The position numbers and the translations under genes were made by a program. The notes beneath the pieces were generated by a model. It had not been told where the DNA came from and ran no database searches. It saw only the letters and a program-made list of their open reading frames with translations. This document shows, one piece after another, positions 41,291-59,820 of a stretch of 64,000 bases of DNA. Positions within the stretch are counted from its first letter, which is position 1, and each line of letters starts with the position of its first letter. This DNA comes from the human T2T-CHM13v2.0 reference genome, Homo sapiens: assembly GCF_009914755.1 (NCBI RefSeq), contig NC_060947.1; one strand, given 5' to 3'.

Positions 41291-42054
41291 AAAAAGAAAG
41301 AAAGAAAAGAAAAGAAAGAAAAGAAAATCCTAGCTGGCTTTTGTGCAGACATTGACAAGCTGATCCTAAAATGCATATGAAAATGCAAGAAACTCAGAAT
41401 AGCCAAAACAATCTTGAAAAAGAACAAAGTTATTTTTCCTAATTTTCCAAGACTCACATTTCCTAATTTCAAAGCTTACCACAAAGCTACAGGACTCAAG
41501 TCTGTGTGGTACTAGCACAAAGATACTTATACATCAATTGAACAGAATTAAGAATTCAGAAATAAACCCTTACATCTATGATCAATTGATTTTTGCCAAG
41601 AGTGCCAAGACCATTCAATGGCAGAAAGAATAGTCTGTTTAACAAACGGTGTTGGGACAATTAGATATCCACATGCAAAAGAATGAACTTGGACCCCTAG
41701 CTCAGACCATATACAAAAATTAACTCAAAATGGATCATAGATCTAAATGTAAGAGCTAAAACTATAAAACTCTTGGAAGAAAACACAGGAGTCAATCTTG
41801 ATGACCTTGGCTTAGGCAATGGTTTCTTAGAAAGGATGTCCAAAGTGTCCAACAAGCAAAGAAAAAACTAAATTGGAAAATGAAAAACTGTTGTGCTTCA
41901 AAGGGCACCATCGAGAAAGTGACAAGGCGACCCCCAAAGTAACAGAGCCTGTTTGCAAATTACACAGTAGCTGATAATTGACTTGTATCTAGATCATATA
42001 AAGAACCAATGCAACTCAATAACAAAAAGAAATAGCCCGATTAAAATTAGGTAA

Positions 42055-43508
<1,454 letters not shown>

Positions 43509-43642
43509 GTTGGGTAAAGAATCTAAATGGACATTTCTCAAAAGACTATATACAATGTGCCATGAGGACATGAAAAAATGGTCAACATCACTAGTCATTA
43601 GTGATGCAGATCACTAGAAAATGCAAATCAAAACTAGAATGA

Positions 43643-44034
<392 letters not shown>

Positions 44035-45449
44035 TCAGAACCCTCATACATTGCTAGTAAGATGTTCAATGGTTATAGCCATTTGGGAAAACAGTCTGGC
44101 AGTTCCTCCAAAGGTTAAACATAGAGTAACCATGTGACCTAGCAATTTCACTCCTAGCTATACAGCCAAGAGAACTGAAAGCATACGCCCACACCAGATC
44201 ATGTGCACGAATGTTCATAGCAGATTTATTCATAATAGCCAAAAAGCAGAAACAACTCAAATGTCCATCAATAGATGAATAAACAAAATGTGGCATATCC
44301 AGGCAACGGAACATTATTCAGCCCCCAAAAGCAATGAAACACTGGTCCATGCTGCAGTGTTGGTGAACCTTGGAAACATTATGCCAAGCCAAAGAAGCCA
44401 GATACAAAAGGCCACAAAATTATATGAGTCCATTTCTATGACAGATTGGAACAGGCAAATCCATAGAAAGGAAGACGAATGGTTGCCAGGACTTAGGGGG
44501 AGAGGAGAATGAGGAGTTAGTGCTTAGTTGATACAGGGTTCCTGGTGGGGATGATGAAAACGTTCTGGAATGAGATCGTGGTGATGGTGACATAACTCTA
44601 TGAATATTTTTTTAAAGTATTGCATTGTACACTTTAAAATTTTTTTTGTAAAGGCAGTTTGCCAGGTCTCGAACTCCTGGACTCAAGTGACCCACCCATC
44701 ATGGCCTCTCAAAGTGCTGGGATTACAGGCATGAGGCACCATGCCTGGCATGTATACTTTAAATGGGGAAACTGGGTGAAGGGTACATGGGACCTCCCTG
44801 CACTGTCTTTAGAACTTCCTGTGAATCTATCACAACTCAAAATAAAGACAAACCAACAAAAGAAGGTGTCAGGTGGACTGGGCTCATTCAGGTGTTGGCA
44901 GAATTCAGTTCCTTGGAGCTATAGGCCCTAGTTTCACCTTCCCGCCGTCAATGATGCCAAGAGCTCTTCCCATCATCTCTGCATCTTTCTGACTTCGGCT
45001 TCTGGCCTTGGCCAGTGAAGCTCTGCTTGTATGAGCTCCTCTCCCTATGTTAAGGTCAACTGATGAGTAGCCCAAATCACATCGGCAAAGTCCCTTTGGC
45101 CATGTAATGTAACATACTCACGGGCGTGACACGGGGATGAAGGTCATGGGGGCCGAAATTCTGCCTACCAGAAGTGGATTATTTCAAAGCTATTTGGGAT
45201 GGAGAATCCCCAGGATCAGTGAGGAGGTGGATGTTGGGGAGGAGGAAGAGGAGATATCAAGGAGCTCTCCCAAGTCTGGGCCAACCAGGTGGGTGAAGGT
45301 GCCAGTCTCCGAGATGAGGAACGGGTGTGGGAAGCAGATGCGCTCCATTGTGACATGTGGAGTTTGAGGGGCCTATGTCTTCCTGGGGGTTGTCCCCTAA
45401 GGGAAAGGTCTGGACAGGCATAAGAGGGACTGAGGTCACCCAGGACGAG

Positions 45450-46330
45450 GGTGGCGGGTGAAAAGGAGCTGCCGGGGCAGCGGGCCGCCGCGAGCCCCTC
45501 CTGGGATCTTCCGCCCCAAGCCCAGCCTGCGATTCCCTCCCTGGACCTCTTCTCCTTCCTCTCCGAAGCCCTCCCTGGAAGGAGCCCCGCATGCTGACCG
45601 CAGCTGCCGCTAGGGGGCAGAGCCGTCTACACCAAAAGCCACACCGCTCCAGCGTGCGCGTGCGGGGAGGTGCGCGAGCGCGTGTGCACGCACGGCGGGG
45701 GCTCGCTTGACGCTGAGTCCGGCGAACTAGGCTCGCCACCCCCACCCCATCCCCCTGCTGCTGGGAGCCCCAGGCAGTCCCCGGCCAAGGCGCTCCAAAA
45801 GGTCCCCTCTGTTGAGGACTGGGAAGCAGACCCCGCCCCAGTGCCCCCCAAAGCGCCCGCCCTCCCCTGGTGTGGCTGGAGAGGGGTCTGATCCGGCGGG
45901 GCTGAGCTCGGAGCTGGGTCTCCTCCGGGCCCGGGGTTGCGGCGGGGGGCGGTCACTCCCCCTCCCTGCCTCAGCCCCGCACCCTCCACGCCGTGTCTCC
46001 AGCATCGAAATTCACAGCAAAATACACAACTAGTGAAGAACTGGGCTCGGGTCCCAGAAATAGGCTGCCCTTTCCAGAGGGTGACGGGAATATCCTCCCT
46101 GCTTCCCGTTGCCATGGTTTCCGCTCAGCCACCAGGCAGCCTGTTGCGCGGCAGCCATTTGCCGCGACGGGATGCTGCTGCCGCTGGTGTGCAGCAGGCC
46201 GCCACGCGAGGAAGGGGACAGACTGCCCTGGAGACCCGCCCACCACGGAGAAAAGGCCACGGATCTAAAGACACCGGAGGGCGGCTACGCGGGCCAGATG
46301 GACAAATGCTAGAGTCAGCACCTGTCTGTG
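45450..46330. promoter_or_regulatory. Orphan CpG island with YY1-like and RFX-like motifs
   Basis: Dense CpG, non-repetitive; GTTGCCATGG at 46108-46117; GCAGCCATTTG at 46151-46161; no recognisable coding exon. Confidence 0.75.
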
Positions 46331-47782
46331 GGGGCGCCCTTGGCCTGGGCGCTGGACCTAGGCCATCAGGACTGGAGAGCCTTCTTCTCTTCTGGCCAGA
46401 GAAAGAGCAAAGGGTGGCTTCCTGACAGGTCCGGAGCTGGCACAGCACAACAGAGCCTAGAAAATCACTAGCAGGGCTGAGCTCGGGGTTCCACCGCTGC
46501 AGCCTTCCTGTTGGACCCAGTCTGCTCAAGGACTCCCTCACAGCCCAGTGCTTTCTGTTCACCCCGGGGCGCTCCCAGCCCAGCCTCCTAGCCTCAGTGA
46601 GTGGGAAATGTCTGTACTGCCCACTTGTCCTCAAACGCATGTCCTTGCTCGGCTGCTCCCTGCTCTGCCCCATCTGGAGGGGACAGGGTGAGGAGGCGCC
46701 CTGGAGGCCTGGCCCCAGCTTGGGCAACACAGCCTAGCGGGGTGATCACACCTGGGTCTGCAGCCCCTCCAGCACTTCCTGGGGCTGTGCCGGCCATTCC
46801 AGACCATTCCTGTTGGTGGAACTCATGACAGGGCTTGTTTACGCCAGTCACTGTGTTCTGACACCTCCCCCACCCCGATCATTAACTTTTCTGGTCCTTT
46901 TCAGTTATTAAAATTCAGCCCAGACTCACATCCCATGGGCCTCCCCTCCCCATCCTTGGGGCTGGAATGGACTGGAATGGAGAGGAGGTGACCTGACCTC
47001 CCTTCCCTCCCTTCCCACCCCCCACCCCCCCGGGCCGGGGCAGGCAGAACTTGTGCCAGGGTGAGGGGGTGAGAGGGGCCCCATCTTTGCCTGGGCTTTT
47101 TGATGCCTGCCAATGGGGTCGCCCTTTTCTGAGGGCAGGCTCAGCCCCTTCCTTGCTGAGGCTAAAGACCCTCTGGGATTGGGAAGCGCTGTCCTCTCTG
47201 GGCCCCACCAGCGTCTACCGGACCCCCTCAGACCTCTGGCCCCCACACCTTGTGCCCCCAGGGCAGAAGGCAGCTGGGGTAAGAGTGCCTTCAGTCCTGC
47301 CAGGCTCAGCAAATGTCCTGCCTTCAGAAACCTCAGCAGGCAGACAGGCAGGTGCCTCCTCAGGAATACAGCGTGCCCCCCATCCCCAGGGGGACGTACC
47401 CAGCTCTCCCCACAGCCTCCGGGGACTGCGGGCTGTGTCCACAGCTCTGGCAGGGCCTTATTTTCTCCCAGCTTTTTGGCATTTTATGGATTAAAAACAC
47501 AGCATTCCCCTAAGGGCAGCCTGCTTCCGTCCGGGCTTCTGTGGGAGTGAGTAAGGCTGGTCTCCTGAGGGAAGTGTGTGATTCTTGCCGGGGCCAGAGG
47601 CCAAGACGAGCCAGGAGGGCACTTACCCCTTTGGGGCATCTTGCCCTTGTCCTTTCTGTTTTCTCTACTCAGGCCTCTCCCCTGAGCTGAGGAAACCAAG
47701 AGAATTCTTGTCCTTTTGGATAAAGACCTTTTCCTAAGATCGTTTTCTCCTAGAAATAAGCATACTTTATTAAGATATTTTG

Positions 47783-48377
<595 letters not shown>

Positions 48378-49099
48378 CTAACCCGACTGACAAGCAATCC
48401 GTTCGCAAAGACAGAAGGGCCTTCAGTGAATTGGTTTCAAAGTGCTTGATTTCTTAAAACCAGAACAATTGATCATTAGAGAACTGATTAAGCTACAGCC
48501 GCTGTTGAATAAAAGGTAAAAATAAACTCCTTCATTTGAATTCCAAATTCAGGCTTGGAGGTGACCTAGCCATGAGGCAAACTGGCTGTGGGTGGACAGG
48601 GCTGCACACGGAGCTGGTGGGTGGACGTCACCTGAAGTCTTCTCTCCTCCCAAAGTGTGGGTGCTGGGACCCCAAGGGCACAGTGTGAATGTCCCCAGCA
48701 CTTAACACCAGGGTAGCCCAGGTACAGAGGCTGCTGAGGGGCTGGTGCAGGTTCTCCAAGGGCCACTGCTATGCCCAGAATGAGCCACTAGTTCTGGATC
48801 AGGAGGAGCAGGGGGTGAGGGGGGGGGGGGTCCCAAAGGAGAGACTGGTTCGGGGGCAGCTGCAATTTACCAACGGGTACAGAAGTACTTTGACATCTTA
48901 GCCGCAGGCACAGCCCTACCAGTGGGTACCAGCTGTTGTGACCAGAGATGGCAGCAGTCAGAGCCAGTCCTGGGACCCAATTTTTCCCCTCATCTGTTAC
49001 CTGGGGGGGTCACCAGGGCCTAATGAAGACTTTTGAGGTTTCTCAGCCACAGAAGGATCACGGTGCCTCTCCATATGGAATTCAGCAGAACTCTCACCT

Positions 49100-50420
<1,321 letters not shown>

Positions 50421-51292
50421 TTTTTCAGAAAATCCTGGATATCCAAGGTAATGGCAGCCCCTTAAATCTGGAACTCTCAACAGAGCTTCCAAACCAAAAT
50501 CACTTTTAAAAAGCAAGCACAAATAAACCCACCCAAAACCCATGTCCTCGTCATAATCAGAAGACAGAGAGCATTTGAACTTCAAAGTACCTAAAACAGA
50601 TCAAGTCACAAGGGTGGGGAAATAGATCCTCACAGGAAATACAAACGGAAACAAGTGAAGCAAACCATATATCGAACAATAACACAACCACCTTGAAAGA
50701 GAAAAAAACTCGGCAAGCAACCTGAACACGGTATGGGACTATATGTCCTCGAGTGAAAAACAAAAATAACTCTAGACAAACCTGGAAATCTGCAGAGTAG
50801 TTTTCTCCTTTCCAGAGACATGAGTTGATGATTCTGAAACTACTTTCCAAGTATTCTAGGACTGAGCAAATACATAAATATATTTCAGGTAATGGGAGCC
50901 AACTTTCTCAGCAAGAGGGAAAGAAGTTACCAACCAGCAAGTAGGAGGAAGACTAGAAGGGACGTGGTGCTGTTGGGTTGAAATTGGATGGGTCAGTATG
51001 AACTCATGGTAGATAGATAGATGGATATATATAGAGAGAGAGACAGAGAGAGAGATAGATAGATATGGGACTGTATATACATATATACACATATATGTAT
51101 GTATTCTCTATGTGTGTGCAATTTCCCAGTAAGCTTCTAAGTGTCATTATCCACTCAAAATGAATTAGGGATCCTAGGAGAAATGGCTGATTCCAGAAAA
51201 GGAGACCAGGGAAAGTCAAGATGAGCCTAGAACACCCTGTTCTTCCAGAAAGTAAGAAACCCCCGAGTCCACAGTGATAAAAAGAAATAAGT

Positions 51293-51921
<629 letters not shown>

Positions 51922-52471
51922 TAAAGGGGGAGAAGAGAAGCTCTTTCTCACAGAAGAAAGCCAAATAATAAATGAAGAAGGAATGATGGAAATAGGAAAT
52001 CGCCATTTGGCAACTATTGTAGTAATGAGTTTCAAGCAAAAAATAATCAATGGATGAAAAAACTCATGGGAACTGGACAGTAGAGACATCTGGAAGATGC
52101 CACCTTAACCACATGATCAAAGTGATCATCATCAGCAATGGGACAAGGGGACTGGTGTCGTGGCCTCCTGATGCCATACACAGAGAGGGAAGCAGCACTT
52201 CTGAGCTATTCCCATGGAAAGTGCAAAACCTGGATGGAATCATGAGGAAACATCAGCCAAGCCCCAACACACAGAAATGCTGCAAAATCACTGGCCCATA
52301 TGCTCCTGAAAACTGTCGAAAACCACGAAGAACAAAGAGCTGGTCCAGACTTAAGGAGACTAAAGAGCTAGGTCAACTGCATAGAACGTGTGATCAGAGG
52401 TGCTCCTTTTCTGGAAAGAACATTATAGAAAAGATATTATTGGCACAATCAATAAACTCTAAGGTCTGTAG

Positions 52472-53700
<1,229 letters not shown>

Positions 53701-54736
53701 GTTTGTATTTGATAATTCCACTATGGGTCTATTTCTGCTGCTTTCATTCATATTGCCTTCACTCTTCATATGCCTAGTTATTTTTATTGTTTGCTGAACA
53801 TTTCAATTGCAAACATTTTTATAGTGATAACTTAAGGACGAGGGCAATGTCACCTTCCTCCAGAGAAGATGCCACTTGGCTGTCCCAGCTTCTGAGGATG
53901 CCAGCAATCTAAGATTAGTTGCCCTAATCCAGTTTTGGGTATTGAGAGGCTAAAAAGCTAGCTGAAGTACTAGGAGACTTTCCATTGCTGGATCACCTTT
54001 ACTCCTAGAGAACAGCCCTACAGGGTCCCCACCGAAATGAGAGAGATGCACCAGGGTGCTCCATGAGCAGGGTCCTGGTTCCCGTGCCTGTCCTGATAGC
54101 CCCAGGAGCTGTCAAAAGCCCTGGACAGTTTGTACTCCCCTTGTTCTCAATCTCCAATCACCCTCAGGGCGTGAGCAGCTGCAAACACTGGCCTCGCCTC
54201 CCTAGCATCCTGCCCTGGAAGTTCTTCATCCTCTTTTTGCTCTATGATGCCTTCAAGCAGGTGACTTTTATATTTTTCCAGCTTTTCTAATTGCCCTCAG
54301 TAGGACGGAGGCATGAATTCACTAATTTATCATGATCACAAGAGGAAGTCCTTCACTGAATTCTTAAATTCAACTACCTTATTTTCCACTTTTAAAAGTA
54401 TAATTTGGTTCATTTTCATATATCCTTGGTTGTTTCATAGAATGCTGCCTTTTTGATATTTTCAACCCCCTCTTCGATTTCTCCCAATGTATTAAACACA
54501 CTGACGTTATGCTCTGTAGCTGATAATCCCAGCGTTGGCTGTGGGAGCTGTGCTCTGCTGGCACTCACCCATGGAGCGCTTTCCTGTTTCACTCGTGTGT
54601 TTGGATTTTTTTACTGGATGTTTTTCCTTCTCAGGTCTTCAGAGTGGGAATGCCTTGAGACCTGGTTGAAGGTGGGTCCCTCCAGAGAGGATTTGCATTG
54701 CCTTCTGACAGTTTTCCGGGGCACTTTAACCCAGAA

Positions 54737-55048
54737 CCTTTTTTTTTTTTTTTTTTTTTTTTTGAGACAGGGTCTCACTCTGTCACCCAGGCTGGAGTGC
54801 AATGGCGCAATCATGGCTCATTGCAGCCTCCAACTCCTGAGCTCAAGTGATCCTCCTGCCTCAACCTCCTGAGTAGCTGGAACCACAGATGCCACCACAC
54901 CCAGCTTTTTTTTTTTTTTTGTACAGATTGGGGGGGGGGGGTCTCTCTATATTGTCCAGGCTAGTCTTGAACCCCTGAGCTCTAGTGATCCTCCCATCTT
55001 GGCCTCCTAAAGTGGAGGGATTACAGGTATGAGCCACCACACCTGGCC
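54737..55048 (-). mobile_element. AluJ
   Basis: Antisense dimer with an internal poly-G run near 54929-54942. Confidence 0.9.
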
Positions 55049-55294
55049 CAGAAGTATTTTAAACTAAATTCTCAGTTTGAGGAGTTAATGGCCTATCTGG
55101 GTGTTGTAAATCCCAGCTGCAAAGCCATGTGCTGCTGGTTTGTGAGTACAAATACTCAAGAGGAGGTATTTTCCCCTCCCCCTCATGCCAGGCTTAGAAA
55201 TGAGCAATTCTCCTTGAGGCCTGGTGATGAAGAGGTAGTGGTCGACATTTGCAGTTCATCCTGACGATGATGACAACACCTTTTATGGTCCCAC

Positions 55295-55464
55295 CTTCCG
55301 AGTAGCTGAGACTACAGGTGCCACCATGCCTGGCTAATTTTTTATAGAGACGGGGGGTCTCACTCTGTTGCCTAGGCTGGTCTCGAACTCCTGGGCTCAA
55401 GTGATCCTCCTGCCTCGGCCTCCCAAAGTGCTGGCATTATAGGCATTAGCCACTGTGCCTGGCC
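55295..55464 (-). mobile_element. Alu fragment
   Basis: gagtagctgagactacagg...cctcccaaagtgctgg. Confidence 0.85.
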
Positions 55465-55772
55465 TTAAAATCATTTTTCTAAATGCACCAATGATATGGC
55501 AGAGAAGTAAGGAATTCCCAGAGTCCAAAAATTAAGTCAAAGCAGGAACTCCGAGAGGTAACCAGAACAGTGAGGCTAACTGTCACCCTCGGGCATTTGC
55601 AGACCCTGGTGACTTTGGGCTTCAGTTTTCATGGCCTCATGGATTGTGGGGACAGAAGACAAGGCCCAACACTTGCAGAATGAGAAGTCTAAAAGGAACC
55701 ACCCCCCCACCACCATCTGCATGGTTCTCTCTTCTATCAGTTAGGATGAGATTCAGCTACACAGATGACCAA

Positions 55773-56278
55773 ATATATATATATATACCCATACACACAC
55801 ACACACACATACATATGTATATATGTATATATATATGTGTATATATGTATATATGTATATATGTGTATATATGTATATATATGTGTATATATGTATATAT
55901 GTGTGTATATATGTATATATGTATATATATGTGTATATATGTATATATGTATATATGTGTATATATGTATATATGTGTATATATGTATATATGTGTATAT
56001 ATGTATATATGTGTGAATATATGTATATATGTATATATGTGTGTATATATGTATATATGTATATATGTATATATGTGTATATATGTATATATGTGTATAT
56101 ATGTATATGTGTATATATGTATATATGTATATATGTGTGTATATATGTATATATGTATATATGTGTGTATATATGTATATATGTATATATGTGTGTGTAT
56201 ATATGTATATATGTGTGTGTATATATGTATATATGTGTGTGTATATATATGTATATACATATGTGTATATATATATGC
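55773..56278. repeat. About 500-bp (TA)n/(TATATG)n compound microsatellite
   Basis: Directly visible; source of the YICIYV-type spurious ORFs. Confidence 0.95.
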
Positions 56279-56718
56279 AAACGAATGGGGGAGAGGGAGG
56301 GAGGGAAGGAGTCCTACAGACCTAACAAGAATGGGTGATTATTTGTAATAGCAAAGTACTGGAAACGACGCCACCATCCATCAGCTGGGCCTGTTTGAAC
56401 AAGCTGGGGCTGACCTGCGTGTTGGAATACTATGCAACTAGAGTCAGCATGCTGCCCTGGGCACCCCAGCATACCAAGATACACCCAACAGTGAGGCACA
56501 CGACAATATGCCATTTTTTGTATAAAAATGTGGGGATATGAATACACATATATTGTTTAATGAAAAAAGTTTTCCATAATATAAAAAATCAAAAAGAAAG
56601 ATCACTGCCATCCCTAAGAATCAAACAAACAGAAACAGATGAACCAAACCATATAAAAGTTGGCGGCATAATCATATATAGAAGTATTTCAAGTGTCTTG
56701 AAACACAGTATTTTGGTT

Positions 56719-57389
<671 letters not shown>

Positions 57390-59439
57390 TGACTCTGAAG
57401 GGTGATGTATAGAAAGAAGACTCACATGGCTATCTGGCTATTCCTGCCCCACCTGTTTTTTATGGTGACCAAACAGTCGATGAGGGAAAGCTCTTCTGTT
57501 ACCGAATTCCAACTAGGAAATGCAGGAAGAATTATAGAATCGAATCGAAAAATCACCATTTTTAACCCTAAATAATGGATCTAGGTGATAAAAACACTGG
57601 GCAAAAGGATACTAGAGAATTCTATAAAGGCCAGATCAGGCCGACACCATCTGAATCTGCTGATCAGTCTTACCGTCGTCAAGAGGTACACGAAAAGGGG
57701 CTCAGCATCACCAGCTGTTAGGGAGACACAAATCAAAACCGCAGTGCGGTGCATCACACACCTATCCCATGGCTGAACTAAACCACAGCAGATGCCGGAG
57801 TGGGTGTGTGGAGAAACCAGCGCTCACCCATCGCTAGTGGATATGTCAAACCGGGCAGCCACTCGGGAAAGCAGTTGGCAGTTTCTTACAAAAACACACA
57901 TCTATAAAGGGGTAGCACGGGGTAGCAGAGTGGTGAGGAAACCGCTCTGTAATTTGATTGCACTGGCAGTTCCATGAATGTACACAGTGATGAAGTTGCA
58001 TAGAGACGCACATACACGAGTGTGCGCACACAGGAGACACCCGAGCATCGATGTCGCGTCCAGGTTCCGGTTGTGCCTCGGGCGTTCAAGTAGCCAATGT
58101 CAGAGGGACCTGTGGGGAGGGGCCACAGCCTCCCAGGCACTTCTTACCAACGTCCTCGTGAATCTAACAGTTTAAAAAGAACAAGTTAAAAAATATTCCG
58201 GCAGAAAAAAGAAAAGTATAAATGAAAAATGTGGGCGAACTGTTGATGCCAGCTGATGGATCCACAGGGTTTCATGAACTCTGTCTTTGTTTATGTTTGA
58301 ACTTTTCCATGATAAACCATTTCTTAAGAGTCACCACGAAATGAGTGTCTGGTGAATAAGTGAAGCATTCATGAATGACTGCAGTCCAACTCTGTCCTTC
58401 CAGAGATAATGCGAGCGAGATCCCGCAAGGGGAGATGATTGCTCAAGGTCACGCGGAACAGTCAAGGCTACTGAGATTCCGTCTAGCTCTTTCTCAATGT
58501 GTGTTTTTAACTTTACACAAGCAGGACATTACTTTTAAAGGAAAAGTGACCATAAACTGAGGGCTGCAACATAGGAGGGGGGAAGGGCAGAGGGAGACCC
58601 AGGATGCCAGCTTCGCCTAGGGGCAGGGGCGAGGCAGACAGCCTGGGGAGGTTAGAGGCTCTGCTGTGAGAGGGTTTCTGCAAGATGAAATCACTCAAAT
58701 GCCGGCTGTGTTTGGACATCTTGAGAGAACATTTCCACACACGGATGGGGTCTAGGGTTGAGTTCGTGATACGAGCAAACAGCTACCCAAAGGACAATGA
58801 TTAACTCCTGGGAAAACAAAATGCAGCTCGCATGGCCCCACCGTGAGCAGCATTTATGTGGCCGCATAATTTCCAAGCATGGGGATAGGAAGGGGTAGAA
58901 CAGCAAAGGTTTGGGGGATGGGACTGATGGAAGCCTTCGAGGAGGCCCCCAAGACGTGGGCGGACCCTTGTCTTGGCACACTCCTGCCCCTACATCCTTC
59001 GGGCCCCAGAGCTCCCTGACACCACTGGACCCACCGCCCCCCACCACTCTGCTTCCTGCCAGCCCTCCAGATGGCCTGTCCTTGCCCCCTGTGTTTGCTC
59101 CCTCCTGAGGTCAGCCCCTCTGCAAGGACACCGGCCCTTCCCCTCTGGCTAGGTTAGGTCAAGGACTTGGCCTCTCCAACGCCCACTCCTCTCAGTCACA
59201 AACAGGGACACCTCAGGCACCAACCTGTACCCGAGCTCAGCCACGGACACATCTGGGCCCCCAGAAGGGCCCTCAGCTCTCCAGAGCCAGAGCAGGCAAG
59301 GGCGACAGAGCGTGTGGCTTTGGCGGCTGGGCCAGGAGGAGGGAGGGGTCCCTACTGCAGGGTTTAGCCCTTTCACACTTCAGCAGAGAGCAGCCGCCCC
59401 GTCAGCACCCACCTGCTGCTGTCCTCAGAAATGGGGTGC

Positions 59440-59820
59440 CTGTCGGGGTGTGCTGGTCCCCAAAAGATGTGTCCACATTCTGGAGCCTGTGAGTGGGACC
59501 CTTTTAGGAAAGAGGGTATCTGCAGATGTGATGACAGTAAGCCTACATGACGGGGGGCAGGGGGTGCCAAATCTAATGACAGGCATCCTTCTGAGACACA
59601 GGAGAGACAGAGAGGAGAAGGCCGTGTGGAGATGGAGGCAGAAATTGAGGTGATGGAGCCCCCAGGAGCTGGAAGAAGCAGGAAGGATCCCCCCTAGAGA
59701 CTCGGCCCTGCGCACACCTGGATCTCAGACTTCTGGCTTCCAGAGCTGTGAGGGAAGAGATTGCTGCTGTTTGAAGCCTCAGGGTCCATAGTCATTTCTT
59801 ATGGCAACCATGGGACACTC
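59440..59820 (+). mobile_element. MaLR MLT1-type LTR
   Basis: ccccaaaagatgtgtccac...gacttctggcttccagagctgtgag...atggcaacc. Confidence 0.75.

Noticed and set aside
55644-56348. Long Y/I/C/V/M- or H/T/Y/I-rich ORFs
   Set aside because: Translations of the (TATATG)n repeat.
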